This document shows positions 59,901 through 64,000 of a stretch of DNA of 64,000 nucleotides, piece after piece. Position numbers and translations under genes: made by a program. Position 1 is the first letter of the stretch. Every line of letters begins with the position of its first letter. This DNA is from Deinococcaceae bacterium (lineage in GTDB: Bacteria > Deinococcota > Deinococci > Deinococcales > Trueperaceae). The notes under the pieces are model-generated. The model was given only the letters and a program-made list of their open reading frames with translations. It ran no database searches and had not been told where the DNA came from. The stretch covers positions 1,590 to 65,589 of the forward strand of contig JBDZVI010000004.1 of NCBI GenBank assembly GCA_040255585.1, given 5' to 3'.

Positions 59901-60068
59901 GTGGCCGACGAGAGCGACCGTAAGAGCGGCAGCGCGAGGCGTGTTCCGCCCCGCGAGCTGCTCCGGCTGATCCTCGCCAGTTACGCCGCCTCGTTGCCTT
60001 ACATCGTGCTGTTCGTGGTCGTCATGTTGGTCGCGACTTGGCTGCTGACCGCCGTCGTGTTCCACTGA
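59901..60068 (+). CDS. possible small membrane protein (55 aa), below the ORF-track size cut-off
   Basis: GTG 59901 lies 4 nt after GGAGG. High GC3. Basic N-terminus followed by one TM helix (LPYIVLFVVVMLVATWLLTAVVF). Same frame as oppF, opening directly after its TGA. Confidence 0.35.
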   Translation: MADESDRKSGSARRVPPRELLRLILASYAASLPYIVLFVVVMLVATWLLTAVVFH

Positions 60069-60180
60069 GAGCAGTCCGACAACCCGAGAGCGAGGGCCGA
60101 GGCCGCACCAGCGCCTTGGCCCTTCCTCGTATGGCCCTCCGACGCGGACGGCGCGGCGGGGCACCATATACTCGGGAAGC

Positions 60181-61206
60181 GTGAGCCTCGCCCACACCAT
60201 CCGCCAAGGCGTCCTGGACGCGCTCTCCGGCTTCTCCGTACCCGGCCTCGACCCGGACGAGCGGGTCAGCGCGGAACTCACCCGCTTCACAGACCTCCTG
60301 CGCGACTACCCTGCCAGGCTCGGCAAGACCTTGCGCGGCCAACTCCTCGTCCTCAGCGCCAGGGCGCACGGCGTGAGCGACGAATCCTCCGCTCTCGTGC
60401 TCGCGGAGGCTCTCGAGCTGTTCCAGGACTGGGTCTTGGTGCACGACGACATCGAGGACGGCTCCGAGGAGCGCCGTGGTCGACCCGCGCTGCACCGGAC
60501 GGTGGGCATGAGCGTGGCGCTGAACGTCGGCGACGCCATGCACATGCTCATGTGGCGCCATCTCCTCGGCCTCGACCAGCGACCGCCCCTCGACCGGGAG
60601 CGGGCACTCGGCGAGTTCTCGCGCATGCTGCTGGCCACGGCCGCCGGCCAGCACCTCGACCTCGCATGGGTCGAGGCGGGCAGGTTCGACGTCAGCGAGG
60701 CGGAGTACCTGCGCATGGTCACGCTGAAGACGGCCTACTACACCGTGGCGACACCGCTCGCGCTAGGCGCGGCCTGCGCGGGGCTGGTGCCCCCGCCCGA
60801 ACTAGAGGGACACGCGCTTGACCTGGGGGTCGCCTTCCAGATCCGCGACGACGTGCTCAACCTGAGCGCCCCCCCGGAGTACGGCAAGGAGCGCGCCGGC
60901 GACCTGTACGAGGGCAAGCGCACCCTGATCCTCGCGCACTTCCTCCGCACGGCGCCCCCGCAGCAGCGTGAGCGCGTCGTGGCGCTCCTGGCGCGCCCGC
61001 GCCTCGAGAAGCGCGCGAGCGAGATGGCGGAGGTCCTCGCCGCGCTGCAGGACGCCGGCTCGGTAGCCTACGCCCAGTCCGTCGCAGACGAGCGCTCGGC
61101 CAGGGGCATGGGCGGCCTCCGCGCATGGCTGGAGACGCTGCCAGGCAAGGACGCCGCCAACGCGATCCACGAGCTGCTGGGGAACCTGGCTGCCAGGGTG
61201 GCATGA
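60181..61206 (+). CDS. polyprenyl diphosphate synthase (geranylgeranyl diphosphate synthase-like)
   Basis: First Asp-rich motif LVHDDIEDGSEERRGRPA and second FQIRDDVLN; GTG start. Confidence 0.85.
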   Translation: MSLAHTIRQGVLDALSGFSVPGLDPDERVSAELTRFTDLLRDYPARLGKTLRGQLLVLSARAHGVSDESSALVLAEALELFQDWVLVHDDIEDGSEERRGRPALHRTVGMSVALNVGDAMHMLMWRHLLGLDQRPPLDRERALGEFSRMLLATAAGQHLDLAWVEAGRFDVSEAEYLRMVTLKTAYYTVATPLALGAACAGLVPPPELEGHALDLGVAFQIRDDVLNLSAPPEYGKERAGDLYEGKRTLILAHFLRTAPPQQRERVVALLARPRLEKRASEMAEVLAALQDAGSVAYAQSVADERSARGMGGLRAWLETLPGKDAANAIHELLGNLAARVA

Positions 61207-61312
61207 AGGGCGTGTTCTGAACTTACGGTGACGGGCGACACGTTGTCGGCCAGTGCTCCGGGCGCGCACCGCCTTCAACTAGGCTCCGGCCTACCGTGGG
61301 TCACGCCGGCCG

Positions 61313-62233
61313 GTGACACGCCGCTATAGTCGCGCCATGACCTCGGAACGCGCCCGCTCGTCACGCGTCACGGGGGTCGCTCGTGAGGGGCCGGGTGAGC
61401 GCTCGGGTGTCCACGACCAGGGCGCGCCAGGCAGGGCTCACCCGGCCGAGCACGAGGGGAGGTCCCGGAACGAGACACCCTCCATCGGCGCCTATCGGGA
61501 AGAGCCCGCCTGGAACGGTGCCACCTCGCCTTGGCGCGCGGCGGCGCCGTGGGCTTCGGGCCTGCCGGACGCCGTCCAAGGCCTGCTCGCGGGCCTTGCA
61601 CCCTGTCCGGTCTGCACCGTCAGACCGGCCGGCGGCGCCGGCGTCTGCGGTCCGTGTCGAGCGCGGTTGCGCGCGGCCCTCGCGCCGCCGGGCGAGGCGT
61701 CGCGCGCGAGGCCGGGCGACGTCGTCTGGCTCGGGCCTTACGCCGGCACGTGGCTCAGGCTCGTCCACGCCCTGAAGTACCGAGGCGCGCGGCGGCTGGC
61801 CGACTTCCTGGGCGAGTTGCTCGCCATGCGGATCGAGGCGAGTGGCTGGTGCTCCGGCCCGGAGGCGCTCGACCTCGTGACTCACGTCCCCACGACCACG
61901 CGACGCAAGGCCGAGCGCGGCTATGACCAGGCCGAGCTCCTCGCGTCCGCCGTGGCGGACCGCCTAGGCCTGCGCCGGCTCGCCGTCCTACGCCGCGTCC
62001 ACGCCACCGAGAGACTCGCCGGCCGAGGCCGGGCCGAGCGAGCCGCGCTTCTCGCCGGCGCCTTCCGGGCCCGGTACCTCCCGGGCCGCAACGTGCTGCT
62101 CGTCGACGACGTGCTCACGACCGGAGCCACGCTCGGCTCGGCCACCGAGGCGCTGCTGCATCAAGGTGCGAGCAGCGTGCGCTGCGTCGTGGTGGCCCGG
62201 ACCTACCGGGCGGGCGCGGTAACGCCTACATGA
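61313..62233 (+). CDS. comF: ComF family phosphoribosyltransferase-domain protein
   Basis: Zinc-finger-like CPVC..CGPC; PRPP loop VLLVDDVLTTGATL. Start uncertain: ATG 61337 lies 6 nt after a TATAGT box, and a shorter product is possible. Confidence 0.7.
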   Translation: MTRRYSRAMTSERARSSRVTGVAREGPGERSGVHDQGAPGRAHPAEHEGRSRNETPSIGAYREEPAWNGATSPWRAAAPWASGLPDAVQGLLAGLAPCPVCTVRPAGGAGVCGPCRARLRAALAPPGEASRARPGDVVWLGPYAGTWLRLVHALKYRGARRLADFLGELLAMRIEASGWCSGPEALDLVTHVPTTTRRKAERGYDQAELLASAVADRLGLRRLAVLRRVHATERLAGRGRAERAALLAGAFRARYLPGRNVLLVDDVLTTGATLGSATEALLHQGASSVRCVVVARTYRAGAVTPT

Positions 62234-62669
62234 CGACGACGATGGCGGTCAGGATGCCGAGCACGGCGCCCGCGAACACCTGGGGGTAGGTGTGGCCAAG
62301 CAGGGTCTTGAGGGCCTTCGGCTGGAAGCCGGCGTCGAACAGGTGAGCAAGCTCGTTGACGAGTTCGTTGATGGCCTCGGCCTGCTGGCCGGCGGCGCGG
62401 CGGATGCCGGTGGCGTCGTACATGACGATGGAGCCGAACACCGCGGCTATCGCGAAGGTCGGGCTTCCCCACCCGTACAGCAGGCCTACGCTGGTGGCGA
62501 GTGCCGTGACCGACGCGGTGTGCGACGACGGCATGCCTCCGGTGTCGAGGAGGCGTTCAGGAGCGAAACGTCGCTCCGTTACCAGGATCAGGGCCACCTT
62601 GAGGACCTGAGCGAGGACCGTCGCCGCCACCGCCGCCCAGAGCGGCAGGTTACCAAGGACCCCGCTCAC
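62226..62669 (-). CDS. divergent PAP2 (DUF212, acid phosphatase/vanadium haloperoxidase-related) membrane protein
   Basis: GGMPSSHTASVTALA.., VMYDATGIRRAAGQQAE.IN.L and GHT..QV follow the family pattern; GTG start. Confidence 0.75.
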   Translation of the reverse strand: MSGVLGNLPLWAAVAATVLAQVLKVALILVTERRFAPERLLDTGGMPSSHTASVTALATSVGLLYGWGSPTFAIAAVFGSIVMYDATGIRRAAGQQAEAINELVNELAHLFDAGFQPKALKTLLGHTYPQVFAGAVLGILTAIVVVM

Positions 62670-62744
62670 GCGGACCCGTTCCCCGGCCTGCTCATGCGGT
62701 CCCGCTCATCGGCATGCGCATGGGGTCCGGTCCTCGGGAGGCGC

Positions 62745-63582
62745 TCATGCAGACGCCATCCGCCGCCGCCTCGCGGCCGTGACGGTGTTCCTTATCACCA
62801 TCGCCACGGTCATGAGCCCGGTGCCGCCCGGCATGGGCGTCAGGTACCCGGCCACACGCGCGACGTCTGGGTGGACGTCGCCGACGATGGCCCCGTCCTC
62901 GCGCGTCAGCCCTACGTCTAGCACGGCGCAGCCGGGTTTGACCATCTCCGGCGTGATCAGGCGCGGCCTGCCGACCGCCGCAACGAGCACGTCTGCCTCG
63001 CGCGTCAGCGCGCCCAGATCCGTCGTACGGGAGTGGGCGATCGTCACCGTCGCGTCGCGCCTCAGCAGGAGGGCGGCTAGCGGCTTGCCGACAAGGTTGG
63101 AGCGACCTACGACCACGGCCCGCTTACCGGCCAGTGGCACGGCGTAATGATCGAGGAGGGCGACCACGCCGAGGGGGGTGGCCGGCACCAGCGCAGCGCC
63201 GCCCGACCAGAGGCGTCCGACGTTCACGGGGTTCAGCCCGTCGACGTCCTTGGCGGGGTCGATGGCGGCGAGTACCTGCTCGGGTTCGATCCCGGGAACC
63301 GGAAGTTGCACGAGGATGCCGTCGACGTCCGCATCGGAGTTCAGTCGGTCGATCAACGCCAAGAGCGCGTCTGCATGGGTTCCGTCCGGGAGCACCACCG
63401 TCCTGGAGCGGATCCCGACCTTGGCGGCCAGCTTCTCCTTGGAGCGGACGTAGTAGGCGCTGGCCGGGTCTTCCCCGACCCGCACGAAGACGAGTTGGGG
63501 GCGGAAGCCAAGAGCGGCGACCTCCGTCTGGAGCGTGGCGACCAAGGCGGCGGATACTACCTTGCCGTCCAGTCTCACGGCC

Positions 63583-63599
<17 letters not shown>
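62745..63599 (-). CDS. folD: bifunctional methylenetetrahydrofolate dehydrogenase/cyclohydrolase
   Basis: VGEDPASAYYVRSK, DGILVQLPVP, VVVGRSNLVGKPLA and PMPGGTG motifs. Confidence 0.9.

Positions 63600-64000
<401 letters not shown>

Overview
Very GC-rich bacterial chromosomal window, densely packed and mostly core housekeeping genes. I saw no transposase, integrase, phage gene or CRISPR array. Many neighbouring genes overlap by 4 nt (ATGA/GTGA).

Gene order:
- MFS transporter fragment, tRNA-His, tRNA-Leu(UAG), tig-clpP-clpX
- minus strand: rho, M23 peptidase, Rrf2 regulator, cysteine desulfurase
- T-box leader and ileS, which has an apparent 1-nt frameshift
- gap-pgk, fused by a GTGA overlap to a RimK-like module (RLAN protein plus ATP-grasp ligase). 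This converges on a GNAT/C39-like peptidase gene that is itself ATGA-coupled to etfA, in the series acd-acd-etfB-etfA
- SCP2, NUDIX, aspartate kinase, FprA-like reductase
- livGFHM with a convergent binding-protein gene, glnA, ruvC, a large GH13-family protein
- a lipoprotein (Ig-like plus cohesin-like domains) coupled to a secreted dockerin protein
- a 625-aa orphan protein, argD/lysJ-like aminotransferase, SagB-like nitroreductase, thioesterase, guaB
- bshC divergent from comB-like and tagA-like genes
- purQ-purL-purF, tRNA-Leu(CAA), secG, a five-gene peptide ABC transporter, polyprenyl synthase, comF, DUF212/PAP2-like, folD, nusB (truncated at the window end)

BshC, an ileS T-box, encoded CCA on all three tRNAs and leaderless-type promoters point to a Deinococcus-Thermus-like lineage. 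That is inference only.

Best candidates for under-described biology:
1. the RLAN / ATP-grasp / GNAT-C39 peptide-ligase module wedged between two central-metabolism operons
2. the translationally coupled cohesin-like lipoprotein and dockerin protein, the latter carrying a degenerate metzincin motif
3. the 625-aa orphan protein

Everything rests on reading the sequence and translations by eye. No database search was run.
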